A stretch of DNA of 63,250 nucleotides, filler included, from Ministeria vibrans ATCC 50519 (GCA_943704425.1; 8 parts of 8 records of this genome joined end to end with filler, not necessarily neighbours in it); one strand, 5' to 3'. Positions 14,381 to 33,557 are shown, counted from the whole stretch's first letter. The notes: generated by a model from the letters alone, not told the origin. A program made the numbers and translations.

Positions 14381-14549
14381 CAACAGCCGCCGGACACGTC
14401 GAGACGACCAAAGAGCCACACGCTCATCCATTGGCTGCAGCAGCCGTACCACTCCATCACGACGCATCTGCCCTATCTCATCAACCGCCTTGCATAATTC
14501 GTTCACCGTGTCCCGAGCAGCGACATTGTCGGTCCAGATGCGCACGCTA

Positions 14550-14564
14550 CCCTAACCCTAACCC
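14550..14564 (+). repeat. Short telomeric tract CCCTAACCCTAACCC at the truncation point of the DUF285 gene
   Basis: Direct reading; abuts GCC GTC ACG ACA ATG (AVTTM). Confidence 0.85.
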
Positions 14565-15016
14565 GCCGTCACGACAATGGAGGATATGTTCTACAATGAC
14601 TGGAAGTTCAATGGAAACCTGTCGACCTGGAATGTCAGCAACGTAATGACAATGCGCAGGATGTTCAAGGATTGTTATGTGTACAATCATAACATGGGCT
14701 CTTGGGACGTTTCCAGCGTCACAGGCATGTATTGGATGCTTTACGGCTGCCGAGCCTTTAACCGAGACATATTATCTGGCTGGGACGTATCCTCAGTCTC
14801 TGACATGGATTATTTGGTTCGTGGTGCTTTTGTTTTCAACTAGGTACAGCGTTTTGACAATGAATTTCATGAGCATTTCTCCGCATTCTTCATGACTGCT
14901 CTATTTTTAGGACCTCTCTTCATGGTGTGTCCCTGATTCCTTCACGACCGGCAGAATTTGATTACTTGGCTCACAACTGGTCAAAGGCGCGCCTGGTCTG
15001 TGGCACATGTCCTTGA
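14565..15016 (+). pseudogene. 5'-truncated DUF285/BspA-type surface-repeat pseudogene with one spliceosomal intron
   Basis: Repeats of FNxxLSxWDVSSVTxMxxMF. FN-TAG (expected CAG) at the exon end, intron GTACAG..TTTAG, then DLSSWCV, a frameshift, and a CGTCP* terminus. Confidence 0.8.
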
Positions 15017-15185
15017 ATGGAACTTGAATAAATCGAATCAATTTTGAATTAATGTCCCACGAGGTTCTGATCGACCCCATAACTTATATCAGGACTCGAA
15101 TTATTTAGTTCATGCATCAGTGATTCTCTGAAAAACAAACACGCGTGTACTTCAAACAAACACAACACACAGATAGTGTCTGCTC

Positions 15186-15440
15186 TATTCGAAGAGTTTG
15201 TCAAAGAGTCCAAGACTCTTAATGCGGGCGTACTGCTCCGGAATTTCCTTTAGCAGGTCCTTGCACAGCGATGCAGAGTCCACATGTACCTAGAAAGGAG
15301 TTTCATAATAATAAGAAATGAGTTGCTACTTTAGCTCGTAATTTTGAATAACACATATGTGTCGTTTGGTTAGAGTTGGGGTTTGAAGGGAGCGCTGTTG
15401 CAAATATTCGAACAAGCGCAATGTTGACGTTGCCGAGAAT
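15186..15440 (-). CDS. C-terminal exons of an unidentified gene
   Basis: Acceptor CTAG followed by VHVDSASLCKDLLKEIPEQYARIKSLGLFDKLFE*. Confidence 0.4.
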
Positions 15441-15570
15441 TATGAGTATTTTGATATTAATAAAAATAACAAACCTGCATCTGCCGGTGTCCCATATTAT
15501 AATACCACTATTAGTTTGACGATAATAATAAAATAATATAACAAAATAATCATAATACTAAATTTAATTA

Positions 15571-15686
<116 letters not shown>

Positions 15687-15786
15687 NNNNNNNNNNNNNN
15701 NNNNNNNNNNNNNNNNNNNNNNNNNNNNNNTTAATTAATTAANNNNNNNNNNNNNNNNNNNNNNNNNNNNNNNNNNNNNNNNNNNN

Positions 15787-18700
15787 ACGGGCACATCACA
15801 GGCATCGCCTTGGTAACCGCTGGAACAAAAGCACGTCGAGTTGACGCAAAAGCCATTGGCTCCACAGCCACCAACGCATCCTGTCGTGTCCACCACGGGC
15901 ACGTCACAGGCATCGCCTTGGTAGCCGCTAGAGCAAAAGCATGTCGAGTTGACGCACAAGCCATTGGCTCCACATCCACCAGCGCATCCTGTCACATCCA
16001 CTACCACCTGAGTTTCACAAGCGGCGCCTTGGTAGCCGCTGGAGCAGTAGCATACCGAATTGACACAGGCACCGTTCGTTCCACAACCGCCGGAGCATCC
16101 TGTTGTATCGACGACGGGCGTGGAGCACGAGACCCCCTCAAACCCATTGGTGCAGTAGCAGGTCGAGCCGACACACACACCATTTACGCAGCCAGCAGTG
16201 CAACCCGAAACAGCTGTCGAGGTCTCGCAATTAGCACCCAGGTATCCGTTCGAGCAGTAACAAGAGCCCTGGAAACACTGGCCATTCGCTCCGCACCCGC
16301 CAGCACATGACGTATCCGTCCCATTGCTTGTGCCCACAGTTTGACTGCAGTCGTCACCCGAGAAACCTGACTCACAGTAGCATGTGCCCGAGGCACAAAT
16401 ACCATGAACACACGCCGCATTACACGCACTGTGGTTCGACGAGAGACTGCAGTCACTGCCAACGTATCCCTGGATTGGTTAAAAATGTCAAATAATTGGT
16501 AAATAAAAGAACAACAAGAATTGCATCGTACGATATCACAATGGCACACTTCGGGACCAACACACTGGCCCTGCCCAGTACAATTGGACGAGCACATGGT
16601 GATATCGCACGCAGCTCCGGTGTAGCCAGGCAGGCACTACATCGTACAATGACATTACACGGAGGACAAATCAAGAGAAACAAAAGTAAGAAGAGAGAGA
16701 CAAAAAAACAGTTAATAAAAATGCGCGCGTCGACACACATACCTCGCATGTGTCTCCCGCAACACAGTTACCCGCATGACATCCGCCGCTGCAGGTAATA
16801 ATAGAACAGTCTGTTCCAGCAAAGCCTATAACGGAACAAAAAATTAGTCCCAAGTTACACGACGAGACAAAGTGAAACCACATACCTGATGGACACTGGC
16901 ACACGCCATTATAGCAGTTTCCCCCGTTCTGACAGCTTGCTGTGCACATGAGAGTATCACAGCCGCTACCAGTCCAGCCAGCGTCGCACGCGCACGTGCT
17001 TGGCCCGGAACACACGCCATTTCCACACCCAATGGGACACAGTGCAGTCTCGCACTGCACACCAACAAATCCAGTATAACACGCGCAGATTTCAGGCCCA
17101 ACACAAATTCCATTGCTCGAGCAATCCCCAGTGCACGACAAAGACACTAAAAGTATAACCCGCACGAAACAGAGAGTATAAATACGACGACAAAAAACGG
17201 TACACACACACACACACACACACAGACAGACACTCGCCCGTACCGTTGCACGCGGCGCCAACAAAACCTGCGTTGCACCGACAGTCATCGACGCCCACAC
17301 ACACACCATTGGTCGAGCATCCAAAAGCACACACGGGAGTACTGCAGATAGTACCTGTGGCAATACACATGTTGAATTAATTAGTTTTAAATGAAATAAA
17401 CATAATAATAAGAAACAGTAGTAGAAAAAAGATGTTGAGTTGCAAAGAACGAATGCACCGAATACACAAATAAATCATGGTTTAGTACCTGTCCATCCTT
17501 CAAAGCACACACACTGTGCGGTGCCCGTGGCTGAAGAACAGTAGCCATGGCCACAGCCACTGCCGCAGAAGCCTGGCTGGGAAGCAACATAGATGGTGCC
17601 AGCGACGCCCGGGGCGTATCCATTGCCGGGCACCGCCGACATGATGCCAGTGAAGGTCGATACTACCGAATACACAGCAATGCGACCACCACCGCCACCA
17701 CCGCCGCGGTAAGTGGCAGACGGTGCAGATCCACCGTCGCAATGCAGTTCACCCGAGCCAGAAAAAGTGTGCGTATCAAGCAGCATACCACCCCCACTAC
17801 CGGCGCCTCCGGAGACAGTGCGCGAACAGCAAGCGCTCGCAGATGTCTGCGACGAGTCATCTCCATCCATACGGATGATACCGGACACGGAAAGTCGTGT
17901 CGCCGAGATGTGCACGTAGCCACCCCCGACGCCAGGACTCGCTCGACCCGTCCCGCCAGGGCTACCGGGGTGTGCAGGACGCTGCTCATCGCCGTAGACA
18001 ACACCCCCTACCTGGGCTGTGTAGCCTCCACCACCGGCTCCACCATAGCCGCCTGTGAAAAAGTAGATTAAAGAAAAAGGGCGATAATGAGCGACGAAGT
18101 CCATCACATAAGTAAACAAATATCGTACAAAAGAAAATAATTAAAAAAAATATATTATTGATATTATTTCTATCATCAGCCAATATTTTTATAGTACTTT
18201 ACCTCCACCTGCTCCCTTGTCACCCGATGTCGAATCGCCCATTCCAAGGGGCGCCGGAACGAGATTGGAGGGCAATCCTGCGCCAGTACCTTCAACGAGC
18301 GCACCGAGAGGGATGGAAAACTCGCCCTGGACCGACACTTGAACCATGTCGACGTTGATGGTGGCCGTCGACAGCATGGTGATGTTGCCGCCCACAGTGA
18401 GTGTGGACGCGTCTGGCAGACTTCCGTCCGTCTGTGACACAAACGGCAAGTTCACATTGAGAGTGGCGGCGAGTCCCAGCGACACATCACCCGTCAACGC
18501 AAACGAGTTGGCACCACCGCCACCAAACGAGGCCGTCGCCTGCAGCGACATAGTTGGATTGTAGCTTGAGGCTGCGTGGTACTGTTTGAGGATGAGGTCA
18601 CGTGCGAGACCCATCACTTCACCACCGAGGTCCAGCACAGCGCCAAACAGATGCAAGTCCGTGCCCCAGTTAATGGTGGCGGTCGCGGCGACAGTCGAGT

Positions 18701-20874
18701 GGAACGCCCATTCAACAGATGAGGATGCCGTCAGTGTGCCAGCAATGTCCATGCGACAGGGTGGGCGCGCAATGAACGGCTGCACCACCACCAAATGATC
18801 GTACTGTCGTTGCACGACCCACGCACCGTCCATAAGCTCCACTTCGTTGAGAATGGCCGTCCAGGGCGCTTCGTTCTGCGGGAAATCGTAGATGGTCAGC
18901 GTCGAGGGGTAGTTTGCAACTGTGTCGGTGCCGGCACCCTGAAATGTGAGTCGCTCAAAGGCGAGGACAGTGCCGTTTTGGACACGCCGATAAACGGAAC
19001 CTGCGCCGGCCACCGCGCCAGACGAAATGGGTTGTACGTTGATGTTCCAGTCAAAATTGCTGTCAAGCAGCTGCGAATACATCGCAATGCGTCCACCGCT
19101 GCCAGGGCCACCGCGGTAGGTAGCCGACGGCACACTGCCACCCATGGCAGTGTACGCACCCGTGCCCATAAGCAAACGTGTGCGAACAAAAATGGATCCA
19201 CCCGCACCACCACCACCTACGCAACATGGCGTGATTACAAAAATGATTGATAAAAATAATTATTAATACAATAATAATACTAATATAAAATATTACAAAA
19301 AAATTTGTTAATGTACCTGATCGAGTACGACTACAGCAGGCCGAAGCTGAGGTTTGAACGCCTGGACCTCCATCCACCGAGATGGTACCGAGATTGTTCA
19401 GAATATCACAGGTGATGACCAGAGCGCCACCACCGGAGCCGGCGTAGGAGTTACTCATGAGACCACCGCCCGAGCCGGCACGGGAAGGTGTGTAAAACGT
19501 GCCGTACTGAAGACCACCCGCGGCATTTCTTGTCACACCAACGCCGGCGTGCCCAGCACCACCTGGACCACAATCACCAGTGCACGGTGCGCCTGCACCG
19601 GGTCCGGTGCCACCGGCGTATCCACGCGCGTCTCCATTGATTGCGCCCAGTGTGCGGACATAGAGTGTGCCGCTCACGGTCAGATTGAGTGCGCCACTGT
19701 AGACGGTCGCAAGTTGTAGCGACGCACCCACTGTCATGTCAGTGCCCACTGTCACGACAGCGAGATCGTCGGTGGGGGAGTTGAAAGTGAGAGACGTGTC
19801 GTCGAGCATCAAAACGGACTGGGCAATGCTCACGTCGTAGTTGCTAAAGGTAAGCGAGCACGAATCCTGAAGGGTGAGCGACCCCGAAAGCGACCAAGGG
19901 GTATGCACGCTGCTGGATGACAAGGAAACGATCGAATTGTACGTGCTCAATGGCTGAAGAGACATGGTGCCATTCATGCCAACAATGACACCACCTGCTT
20001 CCAGTGTGAGTAGGGATCCAAGCGACGTCAAGTCGTCGCCCCACTGAAGCAAACCGGTGCTCTCGACGGTACACGAGAAGCGAAGGATAGACGTGACGGG
20101 ACGCGGCGAAATGAGGCGACCAGCAACCGTCACCAAAGAGGGCATCGAGCCTACGACATTGCTAACGACAGTGAGCGAGTCCGACTCTTGAATGAGGATG
20201 TTGGCGCCGCGGACTGGCTGAAATTCGTCCACAACAATGTTGCTGGGCATGTTCGGGGTGGCTGGGTTCTCGTTGGCCGTGAGAATAGTGACACCCGAGA
20301 CAGGCGATCCACCATTTCGGCCTCCTCCGTCAATTAGAAGTTGCTGGAGAAATCCTTTGATATCAATGTAGATCGTGCCTGCAGCACCATCCGGGGAGCC
20401 GTCACCTCCGATCGCTGAGAAGGTAGGTGAGTAAGTGCCAACAAGAGCCTTGGCATAAATGGCAACACGACCGCCCGAACCACCGCCACCGCGGTAGGTA
20501 GAGCTTGTGGTCGAGCCACCGTTAGCTGCGAAGGAGCAGGCCGTTAGTGTAATCGAGTCGGTTACAATCCAAATGGAGCCAGCCGAGCCACCCCCGGAGG
20601 TCTTTGTGCGCGAGCAGCATTGCTCCGCGCTCACTTGCCCGCCGTTGTTGCCATTCATTTGGATAGTGCCCAACAGAACCAACTTGAACGAAAACAGGGC
20701 AAAGGCACCACCGCCCGAGCCACCCGCCGCATTGTTCGTCTTGCCACCCGCACTTCCTGGAAGCGCGGGCTGGAAAAGTGAGCCGTACTGGAGACCCGTT
20801 GCGGAGGAGCCTGCATGGCCAGCGCCGTCACCACCACAGTTGGTTGAACATGTGCCGCCCGCACCAGGTCCCGT
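15787..20874 (-). CDS. Large extracellular protein (both ends missing): Gly-rich GGGxGGRIA beta-repeat modules followed by many tenascin-type EGF repeats
   Basis: Three modules with CCSRTxSGGG...TYRGG(G/P)G(S/G)GGR(I/V)A, then more than 10 CxxGCxxNGxCVxxxCxCxxGYxGxxC repeats; GT-AG introns. Confidence 0.85.
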
Positions 20875-21119
20875 NNNNNNNNNNNNNNNNNNNNNNNNNN
20901 NNNNNNNNNNNNNNNNNNTTAATTAATTAANNNNNNNNNNNNNNNNNNNNNNNNNNNNNNNNNNNNNNNNNNNNATACAACCCTCCTTTACCTATTTGAT
21001 CTCATTAGATTCATCCGCGGGTGTCTGTGCGTATGTGTTTGTGGTGTGTGTGTATATATCTTTGTAGTGGTAATCTTTGTGGTGTCTTTTTGGTGTACGT
21101 TTTCTGACTTTCTATGACG

Positions 21120-23300
21120 CGTCAGATCAAGTCTCGCCAGCTCGTGGGCATGCTGATGCTTGTCTTTATCAAAGACGAGCACAAGCCGTTTCTGACAGTA
21201 AGAGAAGAGCGGTGACTGGTTTCGGGTCTCATTTTATACATTTCTTTTCCGGAATGCATCAACAGGATGTACACAGTCAAGCGACAGGAACCGGCATCAT
21301 GGGCGTCATGGTATGCAGTAGCGCACACAACGCACTTTTTTATTTATCGCCTATTAACCTCTCTTTGGTTGTTCCTCCTTTGCTCCACACAACAGGGAAA
21401 CAAAGGCGGAGTGTCGATTCGCTTTCAGGTGTACGACACAACATTGTGCTTTGTTAACTCGCATTTGGCTGCGTCATCAGGCCAGTGCGAACGTCGCAAC
21501 CAGGACTTCCACGAGATCTGCAAGCGAACCATCTTCAACCAAAAATACACCATATTCGATCACGAGTAAGCCCAGCCAGCCTAACCCGATACATGATACT
21601 CTAACCCGATACCCTTACTCTGACCAGCCAAGCGTATTGGATGGGTGACCTCAATTATCGCATTGCTGCCGACGATGCTGATGTCCGCCATGTCGCCAAT
21701 GACGGCGACTGGTCCTGTCTCTGGGCTCTTGATGAGGTATATCCCTCATCGACACGTTTCATCTTGTGCAACAATCTCAAATAGAGGTTTTACTCTGTGT
21801 GTGTGTTTTCTTCTTCCGTTTTATTCAGTTGTGTCGAGAGCGAAAAGCCAATCGAGTGTTCAACAACTTTGAAGAGGGCCACATTGAGTTTAAGCCCACG
21901 TACAAATACGATCCAGGCACTGACGACTTTGACACAAGGTCAGAAAGATACGAGAGAAGAAAAAGAAACAAAGTGATGGAGAGGGGGGGGGGGAGTGAAA
22001 AAAAGTGATAGAAACAAAGTGAGAGAGAGAGACGGAATACTCACTCTCTACTGCTTCTTCGTCTTTGTGGTGTGTGCATAGTGAGAAGCAACGAGCTCCC
22101 GCATGGTGTGACCGGATTCTATGGAAAGGCCATGGAGTAGAGCAGGTGAGTCTTCATCTTCATGACAAGTGTAGCCAGCACCCAAATCCTAATCATTGTG
22201 TTACCCGCAGCTCTCGTACACATCGCACCCTCAGCTCAAGGGAAGCGACCACAAGCCCATCTCTGCGCTGTTTACGTCGCCTGTCCAGGTCGTTATTCCC
22301 GACCGCTTTCATGCCGTCCGCATGGCTATCATCCACGACCTGGACAAGATGGAGAACGAGTGCATGCCTGACGTTACTCTCAGCACAAGCTTCCTTGACT
22401 ATGGCGATGTCAGATATCTCCAGCCGTACAATCGCGAACTCGTTCTTTCCAATGTTGGTCAAGTAAGTTTCTCTTTCTACTGGGCCTTTGTCACTTTTTT
22501 TTTCTTTCTTCCTCCTCTCTCTATCACTTTGTTTCCTTCTCCCTCCTCTCTCTCTATCACTTTGTTTCTTTCTCCCTCCTCTCTCTCTCTCTCTCTTTTT
22601 CTCTTTTGTACTTATTTGGGATTTTTGGGGGGTTGCTTTTAAGGTGATGGTGCAATTCCGATTCATTCCGAAGCTGGATGATTCGCTTTTCTGCCGCCCG
22701 TGGCTGCGCATCAATCCACCCGTTGGGATGATTGCCCCGGGGCAGAAGGCCACGGTCGACCTCACTGTCTATGTGGACCAGGCAAGCACAGATTACGAGC
22801 GCACGCACTCCCTCGCTCTGATGAGCGCACTCTCACCAAAGCACACACCTCGCACACACCTCGCACACACAACGCACATCACCACCCGCACATTCAACAC
22901 AGTCAAAAGACACTCATTCAATTCCCTGACTTACACGCTTTACAATGATACGCAGTTGAGCGCGGCTCTGCTGAACACGGGCGCGGACAAGATTGAAGAT
23001 ATTCTGATTGTGCATTTGGAGAACGGCAAAGACTACTTTGTTTCACTGCAGGGACACTACTTGGCCACCTGCTTTGCCTATCCCCTTGAGGTACGTCGTG
23101 TCTCTTCTTGCTCACAGTCTGTCTGTCTGTCTGTTGTCAATGCGTGTATCTCTTTCTCTGTCTCTCTGACTCAGTCTGTTGTACTCTCTGCTGTGTCTAT
23201 CTGTCTGTGTGTTGGCCATCTTAACATTGTAATGTGCTTGCAATAGGATTTGTGTCGCAAAGTGGGTCCTGTTCGTGGAAACAACATTGAAGTAACACAA

Positions 23301-23395
<95 letters not shown>

Positions 23396-24640
23396 GAGAG
23401 AAAGAGAGATAGAGGAGAAAGACACAAAGTGATAGAAAGAGAGAAGAAAGAAACAAAGTGATAGAGAGAGAGGCCACCACACATAATCTACTTACACATA
23501 CACACATACACACACAAAACGACAACAGACAGATAAAGACAGTGATGAGGAAGACGAACCACCCACAACAACCACCCCAGCAACAACTACAGTCACTACT
23601 ACGAGTGCCTCTACCGCGGGTGAAGGGGACAGCTCTGCTCTGCTGCGACCTGTCTCTTCTTCCTCACCTGCTGACTCAGTCATTGTTCAGCTACTGCCAA
23701 AGGAACTGTGGCGTCTGGTCGACTATATCATTGACAATGGTCTTGATGTTCCCAATCTCTTCTTTGAGAATGGTCTCGCTGATACGGTCGCGTAAGAAGC
23801 CACACCCACAGTCACAGTTACATACAACCCTCCTTTACCTATTTGATCTCATTAGATTCATCCGCGAGTGTCTGGACACAGGCACTGCGTTCCCTGCGTC
23901 GCTGGGCGACGAGGGCACGCATGCCGTCGCGGAGACTCTCGTGTGCTTCCTCGGCGACCTCCCCTCTCCCATCATCCCCGATGCTCTTTACCAGCAGTGC
24001 ATTGAGTACTCCAGCACTCGAGAGCTATGCTGTCAGGTCTCTCCTAAAAATAATTATATTTTAAACTTTACCATAATTAGTCCCACTCTCTCTCTTCTCA
24101 CAACTCAATCACACAATCACATTTGTTCTCACCAACTGATCCTCTCTCTCACACACAACAAATACACTCTCTATCACTTTGCTTTTTTTCCCTTCTCTCT
24201 CACTTTTGTTTCATTCACTCACTTTCTCACACTCTTTTTGCTATTCTTCAGAAAATTGCGCAACTGCCCAACATCAATTATGCAGTGTTGCTCTATCTCG
24301 TGTCTCTTATGCGTGAGCTCATTCTGCATCGTGAGCAAAACGGTCTTACTCCCGAAAAACTCTGTACGCTTCACTATTACTGTCTACTACTATATTTTTC
24401 TCGCTCAGACTCATTTTGGTTTTGTTCAACAGCGTTTCTGTTTGGCTCAGTTTTGTTGCGGCAGTCGAGACAGTCGCGCAAGAAACAATCTCAGTATTGA
24501 ACTCACTCACACTCACTCGACGTTTCTCATTCATTCATTTTCTCTCTCATTTGTTGTGCAGGAGTGGTTATGAACAGGTCACTGCGGACATTGCGAAGCG
24601 GAAAGCCCGGTTTATTTACCATCTTATTGTGGAAGAGTAA
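21120..24640 (+). CDS. OCRL: Inositol polyphosphate 5-phosphatase OCRL/INPP5B (5-phosphatase, ASH and RhoGAP-like domains), 5'-truncated
   Basis: TGIMGVMGNKGGV, FVNSHLAA, WMGDLNYR, PTYKYDPGTD, PAWCDRILW, SDHKPI, DKMENE, LIVHLENGKDYF, LPKELWRLVDY. Confidence 0.93.
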
Positions 24641-24922
24641 ATATCAATATCCAATTCAGTCCACACGCACGAATAGTCACTCATTGGTCAATAAATTATT
24701 ATTAGTTTAAATATTAAATAGGCTCTCCCTACTCTCTCTCTCTATCACTTTGTTTGTTTCTCCCTACTCTCTCTCTCTCTATCACTTTGTTTGTTTCTCC
24801 CTCCTCTCTCTATCACTTTGTTTGTTTCTCCCTCCTCTCTCTCTCTCTATCACTTTGATTCTTTCCTCTATTACTTGGTTATTCCTCCTTTCTCTCTCTT
24901 TCAGTTGCAGTAAGTCCCCCAT

Positions 24923-26092
24923 TCAAAAGTCATCGTCGTCAGGATCAGCATCGTCATCCTCATCCCTTAGATAATCAGTGCGCTGTGCTGCTCTCATCAT
25001 TGGCAGTCGTCTGCGCTTGCGTGGTGGGCCACCCACAATGTAGGGGTTCTGGTGTGCCGTACGAGACGGTGCACCGCCAGGCCGCCCTCCAACAAACCCT
25101 ATGCTGCTCAGTCCCGCTGCATTCGCACGTGGGGCCTTTGGCGGCGAGTGTGAGCTGGACGAGCCGCTCGTGGCGCTCGAGGCTGGTGCTAAGTCATCCC
25201 CACCAAACGGAACAGACAGGTCCAACGACGGTTGACTCTGCGTCTGACTTCCATAAGAGTTCACCGCATCACCTTTGCTCTTGACTCCGCTTCGTCCACT
25301 CCCCCCAACTGTCCCACTCGCAGCACCACTGCCACCCGCAGACGTGGGCCTTGACCCCTGCGTGCCCAGCACGAAGCGTCGCTCGTCATCACGACTCAGC
25401 TGCAATACATGCTCCAATCGATGTGCACTACGCTGGTGCAGCGACTCCGTCAGCACCACCGGCGACGTACTATTTCCCAGCCAGAACAGTCGCAACGCTG
25501 TCTCCCGCACATCCACCAGCTCGCCTTCACCTCGGCTCATCTGCTGCAGACACCGTCGCATGTTCTGCAGGATCTCGCTCCATATCTTTTGTTTCGACAT
25601 CTTCTGGACATCTTGCAGCTGGCGTATCGTCACATCCTCCGTCCACACATTCTCTCCGTCCATCACGCTGCAACACAACGGCACAACAATCGTTCACACT
25701 CATTGTGACTCTCCTTAAGCGCTCCTCCTCCCCAACAAACAGCCATTGCGCTCGCGAGCCACACACAGGCTCTTTGCTAAGATATACCACATACCCTCAT
25801 GGCAAAACCAAGCAGCTGTGCTTCGCAGTCCTCGAAACAAACTCATTCAGAGTTTTCAAAATGAAAACAACGTATCTCCCTCTCACAAAAAAAAAACACC
25901 AAAAGACCCTATCGAACGCCAGTCAAAGGGGCCACACGCAACCCCACAGACCTACCTCCACCGCCACAGCCAGGCGTGCCCTTCCTCTCTCACCCATGTT
26001 GCCAATGACGCCAAATCAGTTCCATTCAACTTAATGCTGCCCACAAATAAACAACGCTCGCCGCTCAAAACACTCTCGAGCGTCTCTTCCAT
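24923..26092 (-). CDS. XRCC4/XLF/PAXX-superfamily-like protein, 2 exons (26092-25956 and 25667-24923)
   Basis: Spliced WSVMDGENVWTEDVTIRQLQDVQKMSKQKIWSEILQNMRRCL resembles the XRCC4 head ([21 protein letters not shown]...ELRKAL). The disordered tail has NP..KRRR and an acidic end in F. Confidence 0.5.
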
Positions 26093-26325
26093 CAAGTTGG
26101 CAAACACAAAGAATGAAAAAGAATATTACTTTTAACTTTTATTTATTTTTATAAAATGTGACAACAAAATATTCGTGACTGTTGTATTAAAAATATAATA
26201 ATAATAATTATTATTATTATAAAATTATTATTGTTACTATTGCCATTAGTTGCGCCTTCCGTGTCTTTTTATAGTAGGAAAGTAAAAAAAAAAATAGAAA
26301 TTAATATAGTACATTTGACACTGCC

Positions 26326-31940
<5,615 letters not shown>

Positions 31941-32124
31941 GTCCAAAGCGGCCTGTTCCGTAAGGTCTGCGGGAATACGTCGAGAGCACGAGAGAGAAGT
32001 GAGGAAAATCAGGAAATTGATTATTATTTTTGATTTTTGATTTTGATTTTTATTTTTTGGTGGTGAATGATCACAATCAGACTTTAGTTTCAGTTTCACA
32101 CACACAGTTTTTTTAAAAAAAAAT

Positions 32125-33417
32125 ATGAGCATTGTGACGGTTCACGTGACGTCGACCATCTCTCAGGCGACGTCAGAGAGACGGTTTGATAAAGCAACGA
32201 CAATCTCAGCACTCAAAGTACACTTTTGATTGGTGTTTGACTGTTGTCGTGACAACGTGTCGTTTCCTCATCGCTTACGACTTTTTGAATGACTGTGCTG
32301 TTCTCTTTGATTATACGCTACGTCTTCCTTTGCTCTCGATTGAGTTTGCGTTCCTATTTTTTATGTTTCGATCTTTTTATTGGGCGTACCGTTTCAGTCA
32401 GTCACTCACTCACTCACTCACTCACTCACACACACACACACACACCCGTGCACGCTCACGTTCAACTCGTGCACCCTCATCTGTATATAATACATTTCAC
32501 AATGCTCATTCTGTGTCTTCTCTTTGTGTGTGTGACAGTGCAAACTGGAGCTCATCAGTGGTGCGTCTGCGGCCACGATGGTTCTTCAACTGTACGATCC
32601 CCACGACAAGCTTGTCTGTGTCATGGAGAATGGCGATGCCATGCTGGGCTCGTTTCCGGTCGAGGACTACTTTCGAATTCACGTCAGTCACACACATCAC
32701 ACACTGTCATGTTACAAGTGTATTGTGGAATTCTAATATTTTTCCAAGGACAGGTCGTTGAGACCAATCCGTTGCGGAAAGTGGGGGAATTTGAAGACAC
32801 AAGCAAGGTTGAAAAGTATGAAATGGACGACGAAGACTATGCGAAGCGACAAGGTGAGAAGAAGAAAGCGAGGTAAAAGAACGTACAAAGATAAACACGC
32901 GGCCCTACTGTAGACTCTGTTTTGGCGTACAAACAACGCAATAAGCTTGGTCGATTTGCGGATGATGCGGAGGCGAAGGAGCAAGCGATTGATGACGAAG
33001 TAAGACAGACAATTGTATTTTATTGTGTGTGTGAATCTGTCCGTGTGAATGTCTGTGTATCTGTATGTCTCCGTCTGTGTGTGTGTGTGCTGACAAAAGG
33101 GGGGGGGGGCAACTTGTTAGGGAAAAGAGGCTGCTTTGAAGATCAGCGTTGGGGAACGGTGCGTGTTGAAGAAGAGCGACGGATCGATCGATAGTACACG
33201 ACGGGGCAGCATTCAGTTTGTGGGCAAGACCAAGTTTGCGCGGGGCTACTGGGTTGGCGTGGGACTGGACGAGCCGCTGGGCAAGCACGACGGAACAGTA
33301 CAAGGCGCGCGCTACTTTACGTGTGCCAAGAGCTGTGGGGTGATGGTGCGTCCGAGTGGAGTCGATGTGGGTGATTATCCCGAGATTGATCCCTTTGGCA
33401 GTGACGATGAGATGTGA
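32125..33417 (+). CDS. TBCB: Tubulin-folding cofactor B (Ubl + CAP-Gly)
   Basis: SERRFDK, KLELISG, VEKYEMDDEDYAKR, WVGVGLDEPLGKHDGTVQGARYFTC, DYPEID. Confidence 0.95.
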
Positions 33418-33557
33418 AGCACAAACGAGAGAAAGAGAAAGAAAGGAAGAAGAGAGATATATAGGTCGGTTGAGAGAGATATATATAGAGAGGTATATAG
33501 GTCGGTCGAGAGAATGAGTGAATGATGTATATAGTACAGCGTTGGTTCTTTGTTGCG

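Noticed and set aside
22488-23525. ORFs rich in SLSLSL, ERERER or CVCVCV
   Set aside because: These are translations of intronic microsatellites.
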